NCBI GenBank assembly: GCA_026391595.1 | Contig: JAPLDY010000175.1 | Coordinates: 11,604 to 75,603, forward strand | Direction: 5' to 3' | From: Bacteroidia bacterium | GTDB lineage: Bacteria; Bacteroidota; Bacteroidia; Bacteroidales; VadinHA17 | Length of the DNA: 64,000 bases | In this document: one piece after another, positions 7,124 to 15,567 of the stretch | Numbering within the stretch: position 1 is the stretch's first letter | How the letters are laid out: the number at the start of each line of letters is the position of its first letter | Translations under genes and position numbers: made by a program | The notes under the pieces: generated by a model | Seen by the model: the letters and a program-made list of their open reading frames with translations, nothing else | What the model was told of the DNA's origin: nothing | Database searches by the model: none

Positions 7124-9679
7124 ATGAAAACAAAACTCTCCCTTACCCTTCTTTTATCTTTTTACTTTTGTCTTTTATCTTCGCAGATCCCGCAGGGATT
7201 TAACTATCAGGCCATCGCCAGGGATGGATCAGGTAACATATTACCAAATACTCCTCTGCAGGCAATGATGTATGTTCAGTCATTATCAACAGGAGGAACG
7301 ATCTTCTGGAAGGAGCTTCACTCTACAATAACGACTAATAACTTTGGGCTCTTCACTCTGGTTGTCGGGACAGGTACCAGGCAAACTGAGAGCACCGTGG
7401 CAACATTTGACCTCATCGACTGGAGCGCGACTCCTAAATACCTTAAAACAGAAATTTACTATTCAGGTTCCTGGAAAGATATGGGGACATCACAACTCTA
7501 TTCGGTTCCCTATGCACTAAGAGCTAAGGATTCTGAGCAGTGGCTGACAAATGGGGCAAATATATACAGGTCAACAGGAAATGTGGGCATTGGCACCTCT
7601 GCTCCGATCGGAACTCTTGGCCTTTTGACAAATGGAGGAGGAACTTACCTTTCCCTTATGAACACTAGCACTGGAGGACGAGACTATTTATTGGGAAGCA
7701 CAGGTCTTGGCAATGGACAGGGAGAAGGTAAGTTTGTTATCTGGGACTGGGATGCAAGTGCCAATAGATTTACAATAGATCCCGCAGGCAATGTAGGGAT
7801 TGGAACAACTAATCCTACAAGCAAAGTTGTCATTCAACCTCCGGCAGACTGGAGTGATGGTACACCTCTTTTTGAGGTACGAAACAAAACAGGAGTTCCT
7901 ATTTTTTCAGTTTATAATAATGGCGTACGAATACTTGTTGATCATTCAGATTCCAAGGCTGTAAAAGGTGGATTCGCAGTTGGTGGTTATGATATGACTA
8001 AAGCCGGAAAAACTGTTGATTTCATGACTATTTCTCCGGACAGTATCCGTTTCAATATAAATAATGAAAATAGCAAAGCAGTAAAAGGAGGATTTGCAGT
8101 AGGTGGATATGATCTGACAAAGAAAGGTCCCATCAACCAGGACTTTATGTACATAACACCGCAAACCTCCAGTAACGGACAATACAATACTTTTCTTGGT
8201 TATCAGGCAGGTTATAATAACCAAAGCACAGGTTTGTATAATTCTTTCATAGGATATAATTCAGGCTATAGCAATACTACGGGAACAAAAAATGTTTTTC
8301 TTGGTCATCTGGCTGGATCAAATTCCACCAATACAGATAATAACACTTTTATTGGAGATCAGGCTGGTCAGAATGCAGTGGATATTGCAAACACGGGCTA
8401 TCAAGGTTCATCCAACGTGTTTATTGGTGAACGGGCAGGTCAAAATGTCACAACAGGATATAGGAGTGTATTAATAGGAATGTATGCCGGACTTAATTGG
8501 GAAGTTGGGGAGTCTAATATATTCATCGGATATGCCGCAGGTTCTGGTATACAAGGTGAAACACCAACAGGCCAGTATAATACATTTGTTGGAATTCATG
8601 CTGGTTCCCACCTCCTGACTGGCAATTTCAATGTCTACCTTGGTGATCGGGCAGGAGCTTCAAATTGGCATGGGGCAAATAGTGTCATTATCGGGGGACT
8701 TACAAATTATGCCGTTTCAGAACATGATTATGTTAACAATGATGTTTACATAGGCTATAATGCTGCCGCCAAGAATGATGGTAGTAATAATACTATGATT
8801 GGTTATGAAGCTGGAACTAATAGTACAGGTAGTAATAATGTATTTTTGGGTAATTTAGCAGGAGCTGATGAAACGGGCGATAATAAACTATATATAGATA
8901 ATTCAAATACTGCATCTCCATTAATTTATGGTGATTTTACAGATGGTTCGGAATTACTGGCTTTTAATGCAAAGGTTGGTATAGGTACTCCAAACCCTTC
9001 ACAGAAACTCGATGTATTTGGAGGTGGTAGATTTTCAGGAATTTCTACTGCAACTTCTGGCTCGGGAGTAGAAATAGATTTCAATGCTTATGCTGATAAT
9101 CGTGGAAGAATATTTACGTATAACAGGTCCAGCAGTACTTATTATGGTCTTAGAATTGATGGGAGCGATGTTTTAATTAACGCTTTAACGAGTGGTAATG
9201 TTGGGATTGGAACAGTAAGTCCGGCATATAAGCTTCAGGTAGGGACTGCCGGAGATGGATCACAGGCAAGAGCTAATGCATGGAACCTGCTTTCTGATGC
9301 TAATCTGAAAACTAGCTTCACGAAACCTAATAATTCATTGAAAATGATAGAGGAGATAAATGGATATTATTTCTATTGGAATACTGGGTCTGATAAAGCA
9401 AGACAATTTGGTTTCAGTGCTCAGGAAGTTGAAAAAGTACTTCCTGAAATTGTGTCAAAAGGAGATGATGGATTACTCTCACTTGATTATGGCAAAGTCA
9501 CGCCACTACTTGTTGAAGCCATCAAAGAACAGCAACAGATAATTGAAAAACAACAAGCACAAATTGATAAGCAGCAACAGGAAATTAATAATCTTAAATC
9601 ACTTGAAAATCAATTTTCAGAATTAAAATCCCTAGTCAACAACCTTATAATCAATCAGGCAGCCCAGGTAAAGGAATAA
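7124..9679 (+). CDS. Tail-fibre-like secreted protein, paralog 2
   Basis: The N-terminal module is ~90% identical in aa to paralog 1 (by eye). It has an 'ALRAKDSEQW..GNVGIGT' insert like paralog 3, two KGGFAVGGYD repeats and a 'YN.F.GY.AG' repeat core. The C-terminus 'LSDANLKTSF..FGFSAQEVEKVLPEIV..LLVEAIKEQQ' fits the S74 chaperone domain. The Q-rich coiled coil ends '..LVNNLIINQAAQVKE', as in paralog 1. Confidence 0.8.
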   Translation: MKTKLSLTLLLSFYFCLLSSQIPQGFNYQAIARDGSGNILPNTPLQAMMYVQSLSTGGTIFWKELHSTITTNNFGLFTLVVGTGTRQTESTVATFDLIDWSATPKYLKTEIYYSGSWKDMGTSQLYSVPYALRAKDSEQWLTNGANIYRSTGNVGIGTSAPIGTLGLLTNGGGTYLSLMNTSTGGRDYLLGSTGLGNGQGEGKFVIWDWDASANRFTIDPAGNVGIGTTNPTSKVVIQPPADWSDGTPLFEVRNKTGVPIFSVYNNGVRILVDHSDSKAVKGGFAVGGYDMTKAGKTVDFMTISPDSIRFNINNENSKAVKGGFAVGGYDLTKKGPINQDFMYITPQTSSNGQYNTFLGYQAGYNNQSTGLYNSFIGYNSGYSNTTGTKNVFLGHLAGSNSTNTDNNTFIGDQAGQNAVDIANTGYQGSSNVFIGERAGQNVTTGYRSVLIGMYAGLNWEVGESNIFIGYAAGSGIQGETPTGQYNTFVGIHAGSHLLTGNFNVYLGDRAGASNWHGANSVIIGGLTNYAVSEHDYVNNDVYIGYNAAAKNDGSNNTMIGYEAGTNSTGSNNVFLGNLAGADETGDNKLYIDNSNTASPLIYGDFTDGSELLAFNAKVGIGTPNPSQKLDVFGGGRFSGISTATSGSGVEIDFNAYADNRGRIFTYNRSSSTYYGLRIDGSDVLINALTSGNVGIGTVSPAYKLQVGTAGDGSQARANAWNLLSDANLKTSFTKPNNSLKMIEEINGYYFYWNTGSDKARQFGFSAQEVEKVLPEIVSKGDDGLLSLDYGKVTPLLVEAIKEQQQIIEKQQAQIDKQQQEINNLKSLENQFSELKSLVNNLIINQAAQVKE

Positions 9680-9735
9680 CCTATTGTCAGCTCCCGGTCG
9701 GGAGGGTTCAATTTTAAGGACAGAAGAAAGTGCTG

Positions 9736-10428
9736 CTACATATTATCTCTCAATATAGAAGTCCCCTTTGCCAATTCAGCAATATCTTTTGCTTCCAGCA
9801 CCCTCTTTCCGGCGCCGGATATTGTGCAATTAATCATCGCAAGACCCACATCACTCAGGGTGCCAAAGTATTGTGGAAATAACTTATGTAAAACAGGATA
9901 TGGAAATTGGATAAATTTATAGAATCTGGGGAGATTTTTCTGTCCTTCTATTGCTTTCATAAATGCCGGGCGGAAAGCAAACACATTCTTAAACTGAAGC
10001 TTCATCAAGTCGTTCTCTGTTTTACCCTTAACCCTTGCCCACATCATCCTGCCCTTTTCACTGCTGTTAGTACCTGCACCGGAAACATAGCAAAAGGTCA
10101 TATCAGGATTTAAATTGCTTAGTGTTTGAGCAAAGTTCAAAGTGAGGTCATAAGTGATCTTGGTGTATTCGGGCTCTTTCATCCCCATGGATGTCACTCC
10201 TGCGCAAAAGAAACAAGCATTATAACCTGTTAATCCGGATTCGACGGCGAGAAGATCAAAAAAATTATTCAGAATGATCTCCTTCAGCTTGGGGTGAGTG
10301 ACGCCGCAAGGCCTTCTGTTGATTACCAGTACTGATTCCACATCCGGATGCTGCAGGCATTCAAAAAGGACGCCTTCGCCAACCATCCCGGTGGATCCGG
10401 TGATTATGGTTTTGATTTTTGTGTTCAT
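9736..10428 (-). CDS. NAD(P)H-binding oxidoreductase (atypical SDR / epimerase-like)
   Basis: N-terminal Rossmann motif 'ITGSTGMVGEGV'. At ~230 aa it has the size typical of NAD(P)-binding domain proteins. Confidence 0.7.
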   Translation of the reverse strand: MNTKIKTIITGSTGMVGEGVLFECLQHPDVESVLVINRRPCGVTHPKLKEIILNNFFDLLAVESGLTGYNACFFCAGVTSMGMKEPEYTKITYDLTLNFAQTLSNLNPDMTFCYVSGAGTNSSEKGRMMWARVKGKTENDLMKLQFKNVFAFRPAFMKAIEGQKNLPRFYKFIQFPYPVLHKLFPQYFGTLSDVGLAMINCTISGAGKRVLEAKDIAELAKGTSILRDNM

Positions 10429-10465
10429 AAGAAAGCCAATTAATATAGATCAAAGTTAAGAAAGA

Positions 10466-10620
10466 TCAGTGTTCCTCCCTATCAAACACAATTTTCTCCC
10501 ATGCCTCACCTGGGCTTCCCGATACGCATTCACTACGTTCATGCTATCGGGACAGGCTTCTCGCCCAGTTTCCTTCCCTGCAGGCCACTCAGCAAAGAAG
10601 CCCCGCTCTCGCGTGGCTTC
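10466..10620 (-). ncRNA. Candidate structured RNA or structured DNA element of unknown class
   Basis: GC-rich island in an AT-rich spacer. It holds a 13+3-bp hairpin capped by a GAGA tetraloop (10582-10627), a second long hairpin CCCGAUAGCAU..AUGCGUAUCGGG (10519-10552), and an enclosing CUGGGC/GCCCAG pairing (10511-10516 / 10563-10568). It lies upstream of the TAACTTTG box (10451-10458) of the next gene, so it is not that gene's leader. Strand is uncertain. Confidence 0.3.
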
Positions 10621-10646
10621 TTTGCTGACCCACCTGGGCTCGAACC
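10621..10646. repeat. 26-bp direct repeat (distal att-like copy; duplicated 3' end of tRNA-Gln)
   Basis: 'tttgctgacccacctgggctcgaacc' is identical to 12320-12345. Confidence 0.9.
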
Positions 10647-10714
10647 TTTTTTATATTATGCTTATAATCAGCTATATGTAAAGAACTATCTTTTTAAAGT
10701 CTCGAATTAGTCTC

Positions 10715-11068
10715 TTATTCTGTTTTAGGTAATTCAACCTTTACTTTTTTAATTTTAGGCTTAGGTTCCCCAAATTTAGCCACATAAGCATCATACGTCT
10801 TTTGTTGGGTTGCTAACTCACTCTCTAAAGCAATAATAGGTGATTTGGGATTTATTTTTACTAATCTTTTAATAATAAGTTTTAATGCGCTAATATTCTT
10901 CTGCATTTCCCTCATCTTAGCATAACGAATACCAGTTTTAGAACGCCACTTTTCTGCAAAAGCAGCCAGTGAAATAATCTTTTTAGATTCGTTGGCTTCT
11001 TCCCATTGTTTTAAAGACTCAGTAATGTAAGTTTTTGCTTCTTCTACTGTTCTTTGAGTAATTGCCAT
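10715..11068 (-). CDS. Hypothetical protein (cargo of the island remnant)
   Basis: 117-aa ORF, predicted helical with a K-rich tail. I recognise no family. Confidence 0.4.
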   Translation of the reverse strand: MAITQRTVEEAKTYITESLKQWEEANESKKIISLAAFAEKWRSKTGIRYAKMREMQKNISALKLIIKRLVKINPKSPIIALESELATQQKTYDAYVAKFGEPKPKIKKVKVELPKTE

Positions 11069-11436
11069 ATTAGTAAGTGTTAGTTAATAAAACGAAGTTA
11101 AAACTTAATTGTTAAAAAAGTTAAAGCATTTTTGAGTTTTTTTAAATTTCACCAGGAATGATATGGTCTTACTTGTAATTTTTGAAGGACTAATTACAAA
11201 TTAAGAAATAATCATTATAACACCACCAGATATATATCTTGATAAAACTCACCTTTAGGTATTTTTTCAAATACAGAAAGCCTTGATACACAACAACGTC
11301 GAGGCTTTTTTGTTTGTTACTACTGAAACTATACTGAAACATTTTTGAGATTATAAGCTATTTATTTGTCATGATACCAACTCCCCAGGGTACAGAGTAT
11401 ATGGGATTTTGGTGGATGATTAATAGTGAATACGCT

Positions 11437-11685
11437 CTAATATGCATTTGGATTGTTTTTATCATAGGGCTTATACATCCTTGCATTGCAGGTCAGATAT
11501 ACCCATTTAGCTAAGGATGGGTGCATCAGGCAACCGCCCATCACCCATTTACCATCTGCAATCTCCTTGTATTGTTCAGGGGTAGTCCTTATTAGACCAT
11601 ATCGTATTTCAGCTATTCTAGTGCCCCCACATAGTGGACAATTGTCGGGTTTTGTTTCGTAATTCCATTGTAGGTAACTTAATAT
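11437..11685 (-). pseudogene. Startless ORF fragment encoding a Zn-ribbon-like peptide
   Basis: An 82-codon open frame with no ATG/GTG/TTG start: '..NYETKPDNCPLCGGTRIAEIRYGLIRTTPEQYKEIADGKWVMGGCLMHPSLAKWVYLTCNARMYKPYDKNNPNAY*'. It overlaps the last ~20 codons of the integrase reading frame out of frame. Confidence 0.35.
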
Positions 11686-12112
11686 CTATATTTTCTCTGA
11701 ATCGTTTCAAACTGTTAAAAGATGATTTGTACCTTTTTACTGTTGTGGCGGAATAGTCAATCCCTACTAGTTCAGAGATATTTGCTATATGAAATTCGTA
11801 GGCTTTGAATAGGGTCATGTGACATTCATCTTTGCCTTTTAACCTATTAATTATCTTTTGCACTGAAGCATACTCATCATTCATATCCAGGTCATTAAAA
11901 ATCTTCATCAACTTGCCTAGCAAGGTATTTAATGAAGCATTAATTAAGTAAGTCCTTTCATCTTTACCTTTTACTTTCTATAGTGCCTTACTCCATAGTT
12001 GAGGGGTAATTTTTTTATTGGTTGAGATTTCTGCTCGTTCACCATTGACAGTCAACCTTAAATAAATTGTACTCTTTCTAAGGTGAAAGTGCGTGATTAG
12101 TTTATTTTCCAT
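11618..12112 (-). pseudogene. Tyrosine integrase pseudogene (N-terminal arm-binding/SAM-like part only; in-frame TAG at 11978-11980)
   Basis: My translation from ATG 12112 is 'MENKLITHFHLRKSTIYLRLTVNGERAEISTNKKITPQLWSKAL*KVKGKDERTYLINASLNTLLGKLMKIFNDL..VGIDYSATTVKRYKSSFNSLKRF'. This matches the characteristic N-terminus of Bacteroidota tRNA-targeting integrases. The catalytic domain is missing entirely. Confidence 0.75.
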
Positions 12113-12319
12113 TTCATTCTATGTATTAAATTACAGTTAGTTACAGAAGAATCGGGAGTCTTAAGTTTAGATGAAGCATACTCCCGAATTTGTTTCGTTC
12201 CTTTGATTAATTCAATACATATTTATAGGTAGGGCTGAAATAACGAAACCGCCTATATCATTGATTATAAGCGGTTCTGCTATGGTTTAACTATTCGAAG
12301 AATAGTTAAGGGGGCGACT

Positions 12320-12345
12320 TTTGCTGACCCACCTGGGCTCGAACC
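12320..12345. repeat. 26-bp direct repeat (proximal copy, inside and just 3' of tRNA-Gln)
   Basis: Identical to 10621-10646. Confidence 0.9.
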
Positions 12346-12396
12346 AGGACTCTGCGGAACCAAAATCCGACGTGTTGCCAATTACACCATGGGTCA
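12324..12396 (-). tRNA. tRNA-Gln (anticodon UUG)
   Basis: Folded by hand as a 73-nt cloverleaf: acceptor TGACCCA/TGGGTCA (U1-A72, G73), D stem GTGT/ACAC, anticodon loop TTTTGGT, T arm CCTGG-TTCGAGC-CCAGG. CCA is not encoded. Confidence 0.9.
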
Positions 12397-12417
12397 ATAT
12401 CCTTTCTATTGACGCTG

Positions 12418-12425
12418 CAAAACTA
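12418..12425 (-). promoter_or_regulatory. Possible -7 box (TAGTTTTG) for tRNA-Gln
   Basis: A TAnnTTTG match 22 nt upstream of the tRNA 5' end on the minus strand. Confidence 0.4.
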
Positions 12426-12501
12426 AATAATTTTTTTGATTGCGCCGTAACACGCCATATCAGTTGCGGTATATCATTAAATTCACATATACAACAAAAT
12501 A

Positions 12502-12810
12502 TTATTTTGTGTCATCCTGGTTAAAAAGAGTCTGTTCCGGCTCCTCAAAAAGCGACGGATGCTCATCATCGAATCTTTTCAGAATGGCAGTCATGATAGT
12601 TTCGCGCAGGAATTCAGACTTATTTTTTATCCTGAACCTGTTGCAATAGACATTCAAAGCTCTCATTTCCCTGTTATTGAGCATGACGGAGAGCCTGTTG
12701 GTGCGGCGTAAACGATCCTCCTTGTATGTGGAATGCCTCACTGAGGTGAATGACTTGGTTGGCAGCAAAAATAGGAAATCGTGAAATTTTAAATTTGTGC
12801 GCGCAGGCAT
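12502..12810 (-). CDS. Hypothetical protein with ribbon-helix-helix-like segment
   Basis: 'RLSVMLNNREMRALNVYCNRFRIKNKSEFLRETIMTAI' has a strand-helix-helix pattern like CopG/MobC-type RHH domains. Confidence 0.45.
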   Translation of the reverse strand: MPARTNLKFHDFLFLLPTKSFTSVRHSTYKEDRLRRTNRLSVMLNNREMRALNVYCNRFRIKNKSEFLRETIMTAILKRFDDEHPSLFEEPEQTLFNQDDTK

Positions 12811-12891
12811 AGTTTGTTAACAGAAACAAGAAGCTAGCCTGTAATAAAATGATCAACAGACATCTATGATATTCACAACTTTATCATAAAT

Positions 12892-13020
12892 CCCCCCTTT
12901 TATTCCCCCCAACTGGGGGGAAAAAGCCCTGAACTTTACTGAGATTCATATAGATAGTGAATACTTTTCGCCCCCACTGGGGGAGATGGCGCGAAGCGCC
13001 AGAGGGGGTTTTTGTTGTGC
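12892..13020. repeat. Cluster of C5-6/G5-6 hairpins
   Basis: ttcccccc-aact-ggggggaa (12903-12922), ccccc-act-ggggg (12971-12983), tggcgc-gaa-gcgcca (12987-13001), then gagggggttttt. Confidence 0.6.
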
Positions 13021-13022
13021 CT

Positions 13023-13994
13023 TTACGCTTTATTAGCGCTTCCCAGAACGTTCACAACCTTATGCATATATAACTCCTTAAGCTTGTCGCGTGCCGGACC
13101 GAGGTAATTGCGCGGATCGAACTCTCCCGGTTTCTCCCAAAGAACCTTACGGACTGCGGCTGTCATTGCCAGACGACCGTCGCTGTCGATGTTGATCTTG
13201 CATACTGCTGATGCTGCTGCCCTGCGAAGCTGATCTTCGGAAACGCCTGCCGTGTTTTCCATTTTGCCTCCATACTTGTTGATCTCGGCTACAATTTCCT
13301 GAGGAACTGAAGATGCTCCATGAAGAACTATCGGGAAGCCGGGTATGCGCTTTTCACATTCTTCGAGAATGTCAAAACGAAGAGGCGGAGGAAGTTCTCC
13401 CGGTTTCACCTTGAACTTGAATGCACCATGCGAAGTACCTATAGAGATAGCGAGTGAGTCAACACCTGTCTTTTTTACAAAATCTTCGACCTCTTCAGGC
13501 CTCGTATAAGAGGAGTGTTCTGCTGATACCTCATCTTCAATGCCGGCCAGCATACCAAGCTCACCTTCAACGGTCACATCGAATTGATGAGCATATTCGA
13601 CAACTTGTTTTGTCAGTCTGATATTTTCCTCATAGGGGAAATGCGAGCCGTCGATCATTACTGAAGAGAAACCTGTTTCTATGCACGATTTACATGTTTC
13701 AAATGAATCTCCATGGTCAAGGTGAAGTACAACCGGAATCGGATAACCGAGTTCTTTGGCATACTCCACTGCCCCCTTGGCAAGATACTGGAGAAGAGTC
13801 TGATTAGCATATTTCCTTGCTCCCTTCGATACCTGCAGGATCACCGGGGATTTTGTCTCAACACAGGCGCTGATAATGGCCTGCATCTGTTCAAGGTTGT
13901 TAAAATTGAATGCGGGAATGGCATATCCCCCCTTAACTGCACCTCTGAACAATTCTCTTGAATTAACTAACCCTAATTCTTTATAATGTAACAT
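13023..13994 (-). CDS. fbaA: Class II fructose-1,6-bisphosphate aldolase
   Basis: 'GYAIPAFNFNNLEQMQAII..SPVILQVS', 'HLDHG' and 'SVMIDGS' are class II FBA signatures. Confidence 0.9.
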   Translation of the reverse strand: MLHYKELGLVNSRELFRGAVKGGYAIPAFNFNNLEQMQAIISACVETKSPVILQVSKGARKYANQTLLQYLAKGAVEYAKELGYPIPVVLHLDHGDSFETCKSCIETGFSSVMIDGSHFPYEENIRLTKQVVEYAHQFDVTVEGELGMLAGIEDEVSAEHSSYTRPEEVEDFVKKTGVDSLAISIGTSHGAFKFKVKPGELPPPLRFDILEECEKRIPGFPIVLHGASSVPQEIVAEINKYGGKMENTAGVSEDQLRRAAASAVCKINIDSDGRLAMTAAVRKVLWEKPGEFDPRNYLGPARDKLKELYMHKVVNVLGSANKA

Positions 13995-14190
13995 GATATT
14001 AATTATTTAAAATGGCGGCACAAGTTAATTATTTTAGTTTTATCTGCCGGGAAATTAAGATATTATTTATCTTCGTACCCTTGTTAAAAATGTATAAATA
14101 AATGAAATGAGCTATGATGCAGCGATTGTGTATAATTGACGTATTTGTCATTGAATCTCAATCCAATCGTAGTAAATTAAATATATCCAG

Positions 14191-15543
14191 ATGAAAAAGT
14201 TCCTGATTATAATGTCGGCATGCCTTCTTCTTTTTGCGACGGCCGGATTCTCACAGCAGAAGGAATGGCCTCTCGAAGAGTGCATCAAGTATGCCATTGA
14301 CAATAACATACAGATAAAGCAGCAGGTTCTCCAGACCAGGTACCAGGAGAACACTCTTGCCCAGTCAAAGCTTAATCTGCTTCCGACTATTAACGGTCAG
14401 GCTACCCATAATTATTCGTATGGCCGTGTCCTTGACGAGACCTCGTATGAGTTCAAAAACCAAAATAGCCGGTCAAACAGCTTCTATGCCGGAGGAAGTA
14501 TGAATCTTTTCAACGGTTTGCAGAATTATAACACAATTAAGAAGAATAAAAATCAGCTTCTTGCCAGCGAGCTCGATCTGCAGAATATAAAGGATAATGT
14601 ATCACTGAATATTGCCCTTGCCTACCTGCAGATCCTCCTCAACAAGGAGCTTGTTTCCACCACCGGCAGCCAACTGCAGATAACGAAACAGCAGATCGAA
14701 AAGACAAGGAAAATGTTTGTTGCAGGAAGTGTTGCAAAGGGCAATCTGCTTCAGATCGAATCCCAGGCAGCCAGCGAGGAATTACAGCTTATCAACCTTC
14801 AGAATCAGCTCGACATATCCTACCTTACCCTCACCCAGATGCTTGAGCTCAAAACCCCTGATGGTTTCAGTATAGTTACTCCCGAATTAAGTATCGACAC
14901 AAATACCGTAATTACCGGCAAAGTAGAAGATATATTTGCCCAGGCACAGGGTATAAGGCCTGAAATAAAAAGTGCCGAGCTGAATCTTTCGGCCAGTGAA
15001 TATGATCTTAAAATAGCAAAAGGAGGCAGAAGTCCGAGGCTTTCAATGAACCATTCATTTAACACGCGGTATTCCGATCTGGCTGTAAAGTTCAGCGCTC
15101 CGACAGAAAAATATGCTTTCGGTGAACAGCTGAATGACAACATCAATTATGGCATTGGATTTTCACTTAACATCCCTATTCTTAACGGCTGGCAGGTAAA
15201 TAAGAACATCTCCAATTCAAAGATCAACATTGAAAATTACCGTTACACCCTTGAAGCCCAGAAGAAACAGCTCTATAAAAACATCCAGCAGGCTTATGCC
15301 GACGCCGTTGCTGCTCTTAAAAAATACAGCGCCAGCATGAAAGCTGTGACTTCAATGGAGGAATCATTCAGATATACCGAGCAGAAGTTCAACGTAGGTA
15401 TGGTCACGCCGGTCGATTACAATGCCGGCAAAACGCAGCTTCTTAATGCACAGTCCGACATGGCACAGTCAAAATATGAGTTCATCTTCAAAACGAAGGT
15501 CCTCGATTTCTATAAAGGATTACCACTTTCATTAAATCAATAA
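14191..15543 (+). CDS. TolC-family outer membrane efflux protein
   Basis: Signal peptide ending 'AGFSQQ'. 'LEECIKYAIDNNIQIK' is a typical OEP-repeat opening. 450 aa. Confidence 0.85.
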   Translation: MKKFLIIMSACLLLFATAGFSQQKEWPLEECIKYAIDNNIQIKQQVLQTRYQENTLAQSKLNLLPTINGQATHNYSYGRVLDETSYEFKNQNSRSNSFYAGGSMNLFNGLQNYNTIKKNKNQLLASELDLQNIKDNVSLNIALAYLQILLNKELVSTTGSQLQITKQQIEKTRKMFVAGSVAKGNLLQIESQAASEELQLINLQNQLDISYLTLTQMLELKTPDGFSIVTPELSIDTNTVITGKVEDIFAQAQGIRPEIKSAELNLSASEYDLKIAKGGRSPRLSMNHSFNTRYSDLAVKFSAPTEKYAFGEQLNDNINYGIGFSLNIPILNGWQVNKNISNSKINIENYRYTLEAQKKQLYKNIQQAYADAVAALKKYSASMKAVTSMEESFRYTEQKFNVGMVTPVDYNAGKTQLLNAQSDMAQSKYEFIFKTKVLDFYKGLPLSLNQ

Positions 15544-15567
15544 AACAACCCGGAAAAGCTTAATAAC

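Larger units (their letters stand above)
10621..12345 (-). mobile_element. Decayed tRNA-Gln-associated integrative element (~1.7 kb remnant)
   Basis: Bounded by a perfect 26-bp direct repeat that includes the last 22 nt of the tRNA. An integrase pseudogene lies next to the intact tRNA. Cargo is reduced to one 117-aa ORF and one startless ORF fragment. Confidence 0.75.

Noticed and set aside
10466-10620. SRP (4.5S) RNA, suggested by 'GGGAAGGAAAC'.
   Set aside because: The conserved helix-8 context (..GGUCC-GGAA-GGAAGCAGCC..) cannot be formed. The GGAA is not closed by the required C-G pairs, and the AGCA loop is absent.
10469-10710. Track ORFs 10469..10681 and 10501..10710, and likewise 12321..12524, 23014..23310 and 23054..23290.
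   Set aside because: They run through the att repeat, the tRNA genes or GC-rich hairpin elements, and have no coding features.
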